A stretch of 63,732 nt of DNA, counting the filler, from Octopus bimaculoides (Eukaryota): the NCBI RefSeq assembly GCF_001194135.2. It is 7 parts of 5 records of this genome, joined end to end, with 100 filler letters (N's around TTAATTAATTAA, not from the genome) between each part and the next. Parts side by side here need not be neighbours in the genome. Positions count along the whole stretch, not along the records: positions 1 to 30,120 come from NC_068983.1; 6 more parts are not named here. One strand, given 5' to 3'. The translations under genes and the position numbers were made by a program. Shown in pieces: positions 1 to 11,370 of the stretch (position 1 is its first letter; every line of letters begins with the position of its first letter). The notes beneath the pieces were generated by a model. The model was not told where the DNA came from. It was given only the letters and a program-made list of their open reading frames with translations, and did not search any database.

Positions 1-64
1 AAATGCATATTCATATGTATTCATATTTTACTACATATATACAAGCACATGCAGACATACATCC

Positions 65-99
<35 letters not shown>

Positions 100-436
100 C
101 ACACATACACACACATGCAATTTATGTATTTATTTATTTATGTACTTCAACATAGATTTAGCTATTAATCCCTATTCTGTACTACATCTCAAAAATAAAT
201 GCGGAGTTATGCTCGTTAGTTAATTATTTTCCTGACCTTAGCACAGAAAAAAAAAGCAAATATTAATTCAGAGACAATTCTGAAGAATATTGATTTCTTT
301 CAGAAGGCAGAAAATTGGCCAATTGTTTCTACAGAGGAATGTTTTAGACATTTCAATCCCCTATTAATTTATTATAGGCAATCCCCTATGATATATTATA
401 AGCAATTGAATTTGCCATAATACATTATTATCGTTA

Positions 437-498
<62 letters not shown>

Positions 499-955
499 CA
501 GGCATTGAACTGGTAGAATCACTAGCATGCTGGATAAAATGGTTAGTGGTATTTCGCCTGTGGCTACATTCTGAGTTCAAATTCTGCCAAATTCAACTTT
601 GTCTTTCATCCTTTCAGGGCAGGGTTGATAAATTAAGTACCAGTTGCGTACTGGGGTCGATGCCCCCCCCCAAAAAAAAATTTCAGCCCTTGTGCCTATA
701 CTAGAAAGGGTTACTGGTATTACTAATCAGGCATCGAGCGGGCAGAATCGTTAGCATGCCAGGCAACGTGTTTAGCGGCATTTCATCTTTACACTTGTAG
801 CTATGATCTGAGTTCAAATTTCATCGAGGTCAACTTTGCCTTTCATTCTTTCAGGATCAATAAATTAAGTACCAGTGAAACACTAGGGTCGATGTAATCA
901 ACTAGTCTCCTCCCCAAAAATTTCAGGCTTTGTACCTTTGGTAGAAAGGATTATT
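499..955 (+). mobile_element. Two head-to-tail copies of tRNA-derived SINE family A, after an (ATT)n tract
   Basis: Head ggc(g)agctggcagaatcgttagc, B-box gagttcaaatt, core gactttgcctttcatcctttcggggtcgataaattaagtaccag, tail aatttcaggccttgtgcct..tagaaaggattatt. The same family recurs over 25 times in the window. Confidence 0.9.
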
Positions 956-959
956 GCGC

Positions 960-1125
960 CGGAGTGGCTGTGTGGTAAGAAGCTTGCTTCCCAACCACAT
1001 GGTTCCAGGCTCAGTCTCACTGCATGGAACCTTGGGCAAGTGTCTTCTATTATAGACTCAGGCCGACCAAAGCCTTGTGAGTAGATTTGGTAAATGGAAA
1101 CTGAATGAAGCCTGGTGTATATACA
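960..1125 (+). mobile_element. SINE family B (tRNA head + CORE-like domain), 5' part
   Basis: ggagtggctgtgtggtaag head, B-box-like ggctcagtc, and accttgggcaagtg, which matches the MIR/CORE motif gaccttgggcaagt. Confidence 0.85.
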
Positions 1126-1384
1126 TTTTTTATCACTGTTTTTGTTTTTAATTATTGACGCTCATGCTTGAAAACAAATATATTTAAATTCAGTCTTTTG
1201 TTGGATCTGTGAATCTCAATATTAAAAACATTACACTTAGGAGATTCTTACCCAGAGACAATGTATTTCTACAATTTTATTATGGCATGCCCAGAACCTT
1301 ATTGTTGGGAAGTGAACAACATAACCACTCAGATCAAACGAGAAGACAAAAATTCAGACTGAGGAATTATATTACAGGTTGTAA

Positions 1385-1762
1385 CATTTGGCACAAGACA
1401 AGCGATTTCGGAGGAGGAAAGTTGATTACATCAACCCCAGTGCTCAACTGGGACCTATTTCATAAACCATGAAAGGACAAAAGGCAAAGTTCATCTGAGT
1501 GGAATGTGAACTCAAACACAAAGATTGGACAAAATGCAGCTAGCCATTTTTCTCAGTAGACTAACAATTCTGTCAGCTCACCACCTTAATACTTAATAAT
1601 AATAATAATGATAATAATAATAATAATAATTGTTTTAAGTTTTGGCACAAGGCCAGAAATTTCGGGAATTGACCCAGTGCTCAACTGGTACTTATTTTAT
1701 CGATTCTGAAAGGATGAAAGGCAATGTCAACCTAAGTAACGTTTGAACTCAGATCATAAGGA
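1385..1762 (-). mobile_element. Two decayed family A SINE copies separated by (AAT)n
   Basis: Reverse complement of the family A core and tail (ggcacaag..., gaaaggatgaaaggcaa, tgaactcag). Confidence 0.75.
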
Positions 1763-1843
1763 CAGGTGCCACATAGTATTTTATCAGGCACAGTAATGAT
1801 TTTGCCAGCTTTTCTCCTTAATTATGATAATGATAATAATAAT

Positions 1844-2400
1844 CTGGCAAGAATGATCCATTGGGAGCTTTGTGGAAATCACAAAGCCTACAGAGAGCAG
1901 AGACGTGGTATAGCCAAATATCCCAGAAGGAGTTACCAAGATGCAATGATTCAGTGTGACCATCAGATCAGACTTTGGAAACCTGACATTTGTGAAGAAC
2001 AAAAAATAAAGAACATGCATGATAATCGACATAGCATGTCCTGGTGACAACAACATCAAAGAGAAGTAAGAAGAAAAACTGAACAACTATGACGATTTGA
2101 AGTGGGAAATATGCAGGTTGTGGGCAATGAAGAGAGTGAACGTGATACCAATAGTAATTGGCACATTTGGGAAGTATCAGCACTCAACTACCAACTTAAT
2201 TCAAAATGATTGGTACAAATGTAAAGATAGAGTACCTACAAAAGTCAGCATTGCTTGGAAGTGCAATCATTGTCCATGGGGTTCTTGAAGCATGACCAGT
2301 AAACAAGTGTCATCTCAGTCTCCCGGGAATGGATAACTGACACTTTCCATCATATCCAGCAAAATAAAGCTGAGATTTTTCATCATAAAATTATAATAAA
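1844..2400 (+). mobile_element. R4/Dong-like non-LTR retrotransposon, 3' fragment (RLE endonuclease), frameshifted
   Basis: Translates to ARMIHWELC..IQCDHQIRLWKPDI..DDLKWEICRLWAMKRVNVIPIVIGTFG, the PD-(D/E)xK restriction-like endonuclease end. The 3' UTR ends in AAT repeats. Confidence 0.8.
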
Positions 2401-2404
2401 TAAT

Positions 2405-2990
2405 AATGGTTTCAATTTTTGGCACAAGACCAACAAGTTTGGGAGAGAGGGTAAGTCAATTGTTGGCACTCTGTCGCTTACGACGTCGAGGGTTCCAGTT
2501 GATCCGATCAACGGAACAGCCTGCTCGTGAAATTAACGTGCAAGTGGCTGAGCACTCCACACACACGTGTATCCTTAACGCAGTTCTCGGGGATATTCAG
2601 TGTGACACAATGTGACGAGGCCGACCCTTTGAATTACAGGCACAACAGAAAGTAAGAGTGAGAGAAAGTTGTGGTGAAAGAGTACAGTAGGGTTCGCCAC
2701 AATCCCCTGCCAGAGCCTCGTGGAGCTTTAGGTGCTTTCGCTCAATAAACACTCACAACGCTCGGTCTGAGAATCGAAACCGCGATCCTATGACCGCGAG
2801 TTCGCTGCCCTAACCACTGGGCAATTACATCGACTCTAGTGCTCAACTGTTACTTATTTCATCAACTCCTGAAAGAATGAAAAGCAAAGCTACCTCCAGC
2901 GGAATTTGAAGTCAGAATGCAAGGACAGACGAAATGCCACAAAACATATTTCCCAGCATGCTAACAATTCTGCCAGCTCACTACCGTGGA
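2405..2990 (-). mobile_element. Family A SINE interrupted by a family C SINE (2461-2822)
   Basis: The A consensus gggtaagtcgattacatcgac is split at about 2460/2823 by a C copy (gttggcactc..gagggttccagttgatccg..ccctaaccactgg). Confidence 0.85.
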
Positions 2991-3470
2991 ATGTTATTAT
3001 AAACCAAGTTATTATATGTCATAACAAAGTGAACAAAGAAACATTGTTACGACATAAAAGATATCATTGTGAGCAAAATGTAACTAAGACGAAAATAACT
3101 ACGTAAAAAAAAGAAGGATGTTTTTGTTAAAATTTGTAGTTACATCATCAATGGCAAAGAATATAGATTAGTTAATCTAGAAGTGACACAAATTGCTATT
3201 GATTATCAAAAAGATTAAAGGTACACCGTAACAAACACACAGATTAACTGCACTTTTGATATTATTATCATTGATATCAATATCCTCTGCTGGTTTAATA
3301 TATTTATCTTGGCGGTTTTAGATGGGAATAAAGATAGTCACAACAACTAAACAATCACCATGTGTGGAGTAATTCTTTCATCTTCTCTACATCATTCTTT
3401 TGTGCCATTATTCATTTTCTTATATATATGTGTATGTGCATATGACAGAATGATATATACACACACACAC

Positions 3471-3505
<35 letters not shown>

Positions 3506-3544
3506 GTATGTATATAGCTTGCTGTTCCGTTAGGGCAAGAACAA

Positions 3545-5075
3545 CTAAAGAGTATTCCATCTAGTGAGAGATGAATATCATTTAATGTACACAGTATAAA
3601 AGTACAAGGTCCTAATAGTTTCTCGCTGGGGGACGTGGATGTAAGCAGGTTTTTATAACATGACTTGTGTCTCTAAGCAATCTTCAGGCTCTGAGCAAAT
3701 GATCTATTCAATTTGCTGATACAAGAGAAAGCACGAGTGAAAATGAGTAGAAGGTAGATTCAAAAAGGGCAAAGATGAATAAAAACGGAAAAAGGAAACA
3801 AGAAAAGAAAAGGAGTGAGTGTTATGTCCCCTTTGACTGTAAAGCCATAATTAAGCTAGTTGTTGTAGAATGATTCTACAGTGAGGGGTCCAAAGTCTAC
3901 GAGACAAATGCTCAATCTGGAGAGATTGGTGTCTTCCCGTTCGTTAAAAGAAATTTATTCATATGCTTGCATTTGCTGAAAATTTCAGATCTGAAATTCA
4001 GTAGTGTTGTGGAATTTCATATCTAAAACGAATATGCGATCTTTCAGCTACGCATAAGTCACATTTCTTAGATCCAAGAACGTATGACACGAATTTCTTT
4101 ATGACTCTCCACTTCATCGTATGTGGTGTGCAATCAGCCTTCAAATTCTATACATGGCTAGCCAATTTAGTGGCTTTATATTTGTGGTTGTGCCCAAAAG
4201 AAGATAGATGGTTGCATAAAGTCCCTTGAAATCACCATTGCATAACTAGATGTAATTTTTCTTATTGGTTAGGTTATCTTGACGTGTTACTGTTACTTCT
4301 GCCTCAGACGTGATGGTGTTTATCATACATGCTTGGTCAAATGGGCAAGCATCGGGGTCTTGACAGTTGGAACTGGGAGCAGACTTTTAGTGATGCTTAC
4401 GAGTGATAGTGTTCCTCATATAGGGGCTGTAGTTGCATGATATCTTGATTGAACATTTATTGAAAAAATCTTCCTGAATTTGTGGTTTACAAGGAAATGC
4501 TTATCTAAAAGAGACAAGAAATTTTTGCATATATTAGTTTTAACATTCAGGGAGAAGGGAGCAAACCATATCATTTTCCTATGTCTATTCTTATACTTCA
4601 TATTTTTACCTGAATAGTTGTAATGTATCTTATCTTTGAAGCTGTTATTTCTTTAAAAGAGAGGTTAGATATCCTATCACTAATGGTAGCTATCATATCT
4701 AAACACTATAGAAGGACAGGAGTGTTTGTGCATATACGAGTGTTTTTCGTCTGGTTTATGGTACAGTTTATAAAAGAGGGAGTTGAGATTTAGGGAAGGT
4801 TAATAGTAACAGTGATTTTGAGGCCTGATTGATTGAAGGTATCAATGAGCTTTTTCCTAAATTTATCGAGAATGTGACCATCACAACGATGGGAAATTCC
4901 CAATCCATCATCTTGGTATAGACCAACATCATGGAATAAGAACTTCGATCTGAATGTATTTAATATAAAGAGAGAGACCTATAAAATCGCAAGACGTCGG
5001 CAGTCATACAATCGTATTGATACATCGAAGAATTCATCTATATCGGATTTTTTAACCCATACACAGCCCTTACTA
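3545..5075 (-). mobile_element. Decayed Penelope-like element: RT + thumb + GIY-YIG + 3' terminal repeat
   Basis: Minus-strand frames give WVKK..FFDVS, VGLYQDDGLGI (YxDD), IWFAPFSLNVKTNICKNFL..LDKHF, and C-terminal KKCDLCVAE..SEIFSKCKHMNKFLL. Many stops and frameshifts. Confidence 0.85.
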
Positions 5076-5129
5076 AATAGAAGTATTTTTTCACATGCAT
5101 GATAAAGGCCAGATATGTGTGGCCTATAT

Positions 5130-5330
5130 TGGTTTAAAATTTTAGCACAAGGCCAGCAATTTCGCGGGAGGAGATAAGTTGATTACATCGATCCCTACTA
5201 CTCATTTTATTGACCTCGAAAGGATAAAAGGTAAAGTCAATCTCAGCGGAATTTGAACTCAGAAAGATTAAGACGGACGAAATACCGATAAGCATTATGC
5301 CCTGCATGCTAATGATTTGGCCAGCTCGTT
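5130..5330 (-). mobile_element. SINE family A
   Basis: Reverse complement of the A head, core and tail. Confidence 0.85.
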
Positions 5331-6892
5331 GCATTACTGTGCGGTATATTTTAGTTTCAAATTTTGGCACAAGGTGAGTTATGTGATCTTTTTTAACATT
5401 TGCTTTTGCGAACTCTGTCACCTTATCAAGAAGCTATCTCAATATTGAGAGATTAAGCTCTCCCTTCTTCATCTTTTTCTTCTTCTTCTTTTTCTTCTTC
5501 TTCTTCTTTTTCTTCTTCTTTTTATTCTTCTTCCTCCCTTAACCATACTTTTAACTACTTTGTTATTGATACTTTACTCACTCTGTCCATCTTTCCACAA
5601 TCTCTTCACACAAGATTTGTTTATAGTGATCAAATGTTTGTGTAGACATAAGCTNNNNNNNNNNNNNNNNNNNNNNNNNNNNNNNNNNNNNNNNNNNNNN
5701 NNNNNNNNNNNNNNNNNNNNNNNNNNNNNNNNNNNNNNNNNNNNNNNNNNNNNNNNNNNNNNNNNNNNNNNNNNNNNNNNNNNNNNNNNNNNNNNNNNNN
5801 NNNNNNNNNNNNNNNNNNNNNNNNNNNNNNNNNNNNNNNNNNNNNNNNNNNNNNNNNNNNNNNNNNNNNNNNNNNNNNNNNNNNNNNNNNNNNNNNNNNN
5901 NNNNNNNNNNNNNNNNNNNNNNNNNNNNNNNNNNNNNNNNNNNNNNNNNNNNNNNNNNNNNNNNNNNNNNNNNNNNNNNNNNNNNNNNNNNNNNNNNNNN
6001 NNNNNNNNNNNNNNNNNNNNNNNNNNNNNNNNNNNNNNNNNNNNNNNNNNNNNNNNNNNNNNNNNNNNNNNNNNNNNNNNNNNNNNNNNNNNNNNNNNNN
6101 NNNNNNNNNNNNNNNNNNNNNNNNNNNNNNNNNNNNNNNNNNNNNNNNNNNNNNNNNNNNNNNNNNNNNNNNNNNNNNNNNNNNNNNNNNNNNNNNNNNN
6201 NNNNNNNNNNNNNNNNNNNNNNNNNNNNNNNNNNNNNNNNNNNNNNNNNNNNNNNNNNNNNNNNNNNNNNNNNNNNNNNNNNNNNNNNNNNNNNNNNNNN
6301 NNNNNNNNNNNNNNNNAAGTAGAAAATGAAAAAAAGAGAAATAAGGAAAGTTTCTAACAATGCAGAAAATTTTACAGAGAGAATTTATATTTCGAGTGCA
6401 AAGGCTCATTTTCAATGGATTCAATCGATGAACTGTGTATTTATATAGATTTCATTATTTTGAACTACTTGGCGCTTAGGTTGCCACTGGCAGCAACTCA
6501 CCAACATATGAACTATGGATTTGTTTCAGTTTCTGTCAACAAGATTCATTCAAAAGTTGACAAAGACATGCAACCATAAAAAAACTGCCTTAATAAAAAT
6601 CCTCTCGACTCATGCAATCATGAGAAAGAAGACATTAAAACGATGATAACGAACAAGAACCATCATCATTGTCATTCTCTTTCTCCATTTCGCGACCCTC
6701 CCTTTTGTGGTCAGTCATCCCCATTATCTTCGTAAGCCATCATTGTCATCATCATTACCCTATCCACGTTGATGTTATTAAACCATCGCCATCATATCAA
6801 TTGCATTTGCCATCACATCGTAGCTATAGTACTGTTTTCCAACATGATTGGTTTGTTGGTTCCTATTCACAATTCTCTCGGCCACTCAGTAC

Positions 6893-7091
6893 CTTTCTGG
6901 TTTGAAAAGAAAAACGGAATGGACCAAGTTGCGTGCAGTGCCATTGAAAGTAACTTTCAGGTTATCATGTTTCACAGAATGGAATGTGTATTCTTCAAAG
7001 AATCCTCTCATTAAGCTTTCACAGAGCATTGCGCCATTACAGAAAAGACTGGAAGCAGGTTTTATGGAGCCTATGTGTCTTTGGTTCAGTG
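6893..7091 (-). CDS. Candidate internal exon, SEA-domain-like (xLNQRHIGSIKPASSLFCNGAMLCESLMRGFFEEYTFHSVKHDNLKVTFNGTARNLVHSVFLFKPE)
   Basis: Acceptor ..aaatcttattag|CACTG, donor GAAAG|gtactg, 199 nt, only the phase-1 frame is open. The residue spacing (SS-x-F, ESL-x4-F, terminal beta strand VxxVFLF) resembles the SEA consensus by eye. Same strand as the Kunitz exon. Confidence 0.4.
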
Positions 7092-7438
7092 CTAATAAGA
7101 TTTGATCAACAGTACAGAAATTATGTCTTTTGATTTCAAATATTATATTTAAACTTCTCACCTTAAATTACCGGATTTTAATTTTAGTTTTTGCTTTAAT
7201 TTATTTAATTTATTTCTTACTTTTTGCGTCTAATTTGATGAAACGTTGATTCTTTCCAGAGGTTTTGTGTTTTCTAGTGTGTAACCGAAATTCAAAAGAC
7301 AAATAGAAAATTACATTGAACTAATCTAGACAAAACATCTAATACAAGCCGACGATAGACTTTTTTCATAGTCTCTTGTTATGCTAGAAACAACAACCAA
7401 ATAAATCATGCAGGAAATGTAAAGACAAGTTTTATAAT

Positions 7439-7493
7439 ACGTTATTTACATTATTCACATTATTTGTCCTCATCTTGTTTGTTGTTAACACAA
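7439..7493 (-). repeat. Inverted fragment of the family D 3' tail directly upstream of the family D element
   Basis: Reverse complement is ttgtgttaacaacaaacaagatgaggacaaataatgt.., homologous to 7757-7810 and 40930-40986. Confidence 0.85.
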
Positions 7494-7510
7494 TAATTAT
7501 GCCATATGCC

Positions 7511-7606
7511 TGTGGGCATATGACATAGTGATTAAGAGCGCGGGCTACTAACCCCAAGATTCCAAGTTCAATTCCAGGCAGTGACCTGAATAATAATAAT
7601 AATAAC

Positions 7607-7667
<61 letters not shown>

Positions 7668-7841
7668 TTGAAAATTACCTTAGGAATGAGAACCCAGGAG
7701 GTTCGAAATTTACCCAAGACACCTGATGAAGGCTGGAGGGTATATCAGCCGAAATGTTACGTTAGCAACAAACAAGATGAGGTCAAATATCCGTCAAATG
7801 TAAATAATGTACACAATTCCTCATGTTTCAAATATAGAACT
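7511..7841 (+). mobile_element. SINE family D: tRNA-Ser(GCT)-like head + (AAT)n + Penelope-type tail with a hammerhead motif
   Basis: A-box-like tgacatagtgatt, anticodon-like loop ctACTaa, B-box aagttcaattcc (7511-7587), (AAT)n 7589-7665, then a tail containing gacac-CTGATGA-A-ggctg..cagcc-GAAA. Confidence 0.75.
7718..7763 (+). ncRNA. Type I hammerhead ribozyme-like motif, degraded copy
   Basis: CTGATGA at 7723-7729, stem II GGCTG/CAGCC, GAAA at 7751-7754. Stem I and stem III carry substitutions relative to the 40980-41025 copy. Confidence 0.55.
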
Positions 7842-8029
7842 GTAAGTTTCATAATGCCTTTCTGGGTGAACTAGTAAAAAGATGGGATACAATGCTTGAA
7901 TAATTGCTACTTACAATCAGAGCTGATCAGTAGTTAGATAACCCTAACCACAGTTACATTCGGCTCAAAACATTTTTACAAAGTCAAATGTTTCAGTCTT
8001 AATATCGAAATAAACACAGGTATAATAAT

Positions 8030-8432
8030 CCCTTCAACTATAGGCACAAGGCCTGGAATTTCGAGGGGAGTGGTAAGCCGATTACAGCGATCCCAGTACT
8101 TGACTGATACTTATTTCATCAAGCCCAAAAGGATGAAAGGGAAAGTTGACCTCAGCAGAATTTGAACTCAAAACATAAGGATGGATGAAATGCCACTAAG
8201 CGTTGTATCCGGCATGCTAACAATTCTTCCAGTCCACCACCTAAGGGTAGTATTTTTGACATTGTGGATTAGTCGATTACATTGATCTCAGTGCTCAATT
8301 GGCACTTATTTTATCGACCTACAAACGATAAATTCAACCTTGGCAGAATTTGAACTCAGAACGTAAAGACAGGCAGAACATCACTAAGCATTTTGCCCAT
8401 CGTGCAAACGATTCTGCCAGCTCACCTCCCTA
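8030..8432 (-). mobile_element. Two tandem family A SINEs
   Basis: Two reverse-complement cores (gaaaggatgaaagg.., tttgaactca) in the same orientation. Confidence 0.85.
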
Positions 8433-8459
8433 ATTGTTAAATCTAATATTGACGAGCAC

Positions 8460-8730
8460 TTCCTTGCCAAAAATACAGAATGCTATTTGACAGGCACAAC
8501 ATTACATTATGTTACTGTTAAACACGCCTTATATAAAGGACTCTGTATTCTATACAAGCCACAAAAAAGAACTGGGGCTAACTGCTCATGTAAAAACATC
8601 AGCGCATGTGTGGTAAATACATCTTAGAACGCGGAAGCCGTTATACATGAAGCTGAGATTACCTTTACTAAACCAAATACCATTTGGTAGATAAATGCAA
8701 TTATAGGCATGACCGAAGGGAAGAATGTAA
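8460..8730 (+). mobile_element. Penelope-like thumb/GIY-YIG fragment, highly decayed
   Basis: Frames give LFDRHNITLCYC and AVIHEAEITF..IIGMTEG, resembling VIYxAEV..YIGxTEG. Confidence 0.5.
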
Positions 8731-8784
8731 ATATGAATGTCTGTTTGTATGTGTGTATGAAGATCTGCATAAAAGCAAACATTG

Positions 8785-8835
<51 letters not shown>

Positions 8836-9879
8836 AACACAGACAGACAGGCATACAGATAGATAGTAATGAGGAGATATGTTTTCTTTGGATCACAAGG
8901 ACTAAGGAGATAATTATTTTATGTGGAAATTGATATTTGTTTACGTAAATTCCCAATATGCTAAACTGTAAACACTCGATATTCGATACGCACACAAATT
9001 TTCGTCGTTCATTTGCATAAATCATAAAAAAATTCTCATTTTTACGCTGCTGCGAAATTAATAACAATTTTTATAGCTACAAACATGTGTTACATGAGCA
9101 AAGAAAGATGAACATAAAAACTTGTTAAATAAACCTTTACACACGGTGAAACTATCTTTATTTTCTTCAGTAACCGCTCAAATATGTATTCATTTCCAAA
9201 CAAATATGACAGCGCTAATATGAATTAACCACAAGTAAACTTTCCACACTGGTCGCAAGAAAGATAAACAATTTTATGGATCGTTCGTATGAGTTTGCAC
9301 AAATTTCTCCCCCAATCCATACAACGTCTTTGTAAATCTTACGTTCAAATTGCTCTGGAGAGCAGCAATGTTTCTGGGACGTCAACAGTTTTTTTTTTTT
9401 TTGCCATCTGTGTTCGTGTTTAGTGCACATATGTCTTGAAAAAGCAATTTAACTGTGAGAACTTGTCCGAAGATAATATTTCTTGTAGACCTACTTTGGT
9501 TGGATAAAAAACCTCAAGTATATCAACAGCAGATGAAAATCGTTCAGCAGTGGCGATGAGAATACTAGATGTGCATTTCTGCATCTTTGCACTTCATCAG
9601 TACCATGTACAAATTGGTAAATGCATGTTAAGATGAAATCTGTAATCATTGATATAGGAAAAGAATGAAATGGTGACTGACAAATCACTGATGCTATAAT
9701 TAGCTGCCTGGCTGAATAACAACTCGGTATATGCAGCAGAAGTAGTATTAGATTAAAATAGTGATCTGAATACCATACTTAATGCAAATACATCCTGAGA
9801 AGGCAAATTAACTGCAGTATATGTCAATAGTTAATATTTCTTATGAATGTATTGTGTATAAAAACAAGTAGTTGCTGGA

Positions 9880-10332
9880 CATTTTCCGTCTACAACTAAT
9901 ATATTTACGCCCGTCTTTACGTTCTATGTTCAAATTCCGCCAAGGTCGACTTTGCTTTTCATCCTTCCAGGGTTAATAACATAAGTACCCTTTGTTTGTC
10001 CCCTCTGTGTTTAACCCCCCGTGGACAATAAAGAAATATATATTAATTTTTAAAACGAAAAGCAAAACCAAAAAACCATCACAACTATACTCAAATACCA
10101 AATCCAGGAAGTATTTATCCTTTATAAGGAGTTGTAAGCATTAAAGCAACATGCTGCATGCAGTGAGATGAAGCAACATCTTCTGTAATTAACAGTTGTA
10201 TGAACGATCTAGGTTTAAGAACGTTGTCACATAAATATTCATTATCTTGCAGTACAGCAAACAAGAAGGCGCAATGGTGTACAAATGATTTAAAACTAAC
10301 AGCAGGACATGATAAATTCATTATTATCATGA

Positions 10333-10399
<67 letters not shown>

Positions 10400-11370
10400 G
10401 TAAGCATTGTTATATTTATTCAAAAAGTAAAAACTTTGTCATTGAAAATCAAATGATGTAGAGATAACACGTTTCATTTTATTCCTCTCGGATCGCTTCT
10501 TCATACTTTTCCTGCTATTGTTTCTGAAGATGAAATTTTCCCTTTATCTTTCAGCCTAAGCTAAGAATAATGGCTCAAAGACGCTTATGTATAACTGTTA
10601 TTGTATTTATTATTAACTGTAGTATTTAAGGGGATGAGCTGGTAGAATCGTTAGCACGCCGGACGAAATGCTTCGCGGTATTTCGCCTGTCGCTCTGTGT
10701 TTAGCCCCCTGTGGGCAATAAAGAAATTGGTATTTCGCCTGTCGCTACATTCTGAGTTCAAATTCTGCTGAGGTCAGCTTTGCCTTTCATTCTTTCAGGG
10801 TCAATAAATTGAGTATCAGTGAAACACTATGGTTGATGTAATCGGCTTGTCCCCTCTCCCAAAATTTCAGGCCTTGTGCCTATAGTAGAAAGGTTTAATG
10901 TGATTGAGCAAGGTAGCGAGCTGGCAGAATAGTTAGCGTATCAGGTAAAATACCTTGTGCCGTTTCGTCCATCTTTATGTTCTGAGTTCAAATTTCACCA
11001 ACGTCAACTTTACCTTTCATCTTTTCGAGGTCGATCAAATAGTCCCAGTGGGGCACTGGGATCGATGTAATCCCGACTTACCCCCACCTCGGAAATTGTT
11101 GGTCTTGTGTCCAAATTGGAAACCATTTTAATACTATTGCCATTCTCAAATTACCAGAAATGATAAGGCATCAAACAGATTATTGTGCCGTATTTTAATT
11201 GATTCTTTACGTTCTAAGTTCAGTCCTTACCAAAGTCAAAATTTGGCTTTTATTCTTTTATCCTCGTGGGGTCAATAAACTAATATACCAGTGAAAATAC
11301 TAGGTTCAATATAATAGACTACACATTATAACTTTCCAGCAGATTGTCTTGTGACTGAATCAGAAATCAA
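9880..11370 (+). mobile_element. Cluster of family A SINEs (about 9880-10035, 10628-10895, 10912-11125, 11200-11370)
   Basis: Repeated heads and cores in one orientation. The copy at 10628 has an internal rearrangement that duplicates gtatttcgcctgtcgct. Confidence 0.85.

Noticed and set aside
5560-6424. Long ORFs in the track here and at the other N-runs
   Set aside because: They are open only because of N gaps.
7511-7587. Functional tRNA gene
   Set aside because: The acceptor stem is not paired, the boxes are degenerate, and it is attached to a repeat tail. It is treated as a SINE head, as are all other tRNA-like segments in the window.
9560-9605. CTGATGA-AG-TGCA/TGCA-GAAA on the minus strand
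   Set aside because: No NUH triplet or stem I/III pairing follows.
9495-9639. Minus-strand candidate exon (DFILTCIYQFVHGTDEVQRC..)
   Set aside because: Splice sites are plausible, but no motif is recognisable and its exit phase does not join the next candidate exon.
10450-10610. Possible Penelope terminal repeat with TGAAGA..GAAAC strings
   Set aside because: Too degenerate, with no consistent stems.
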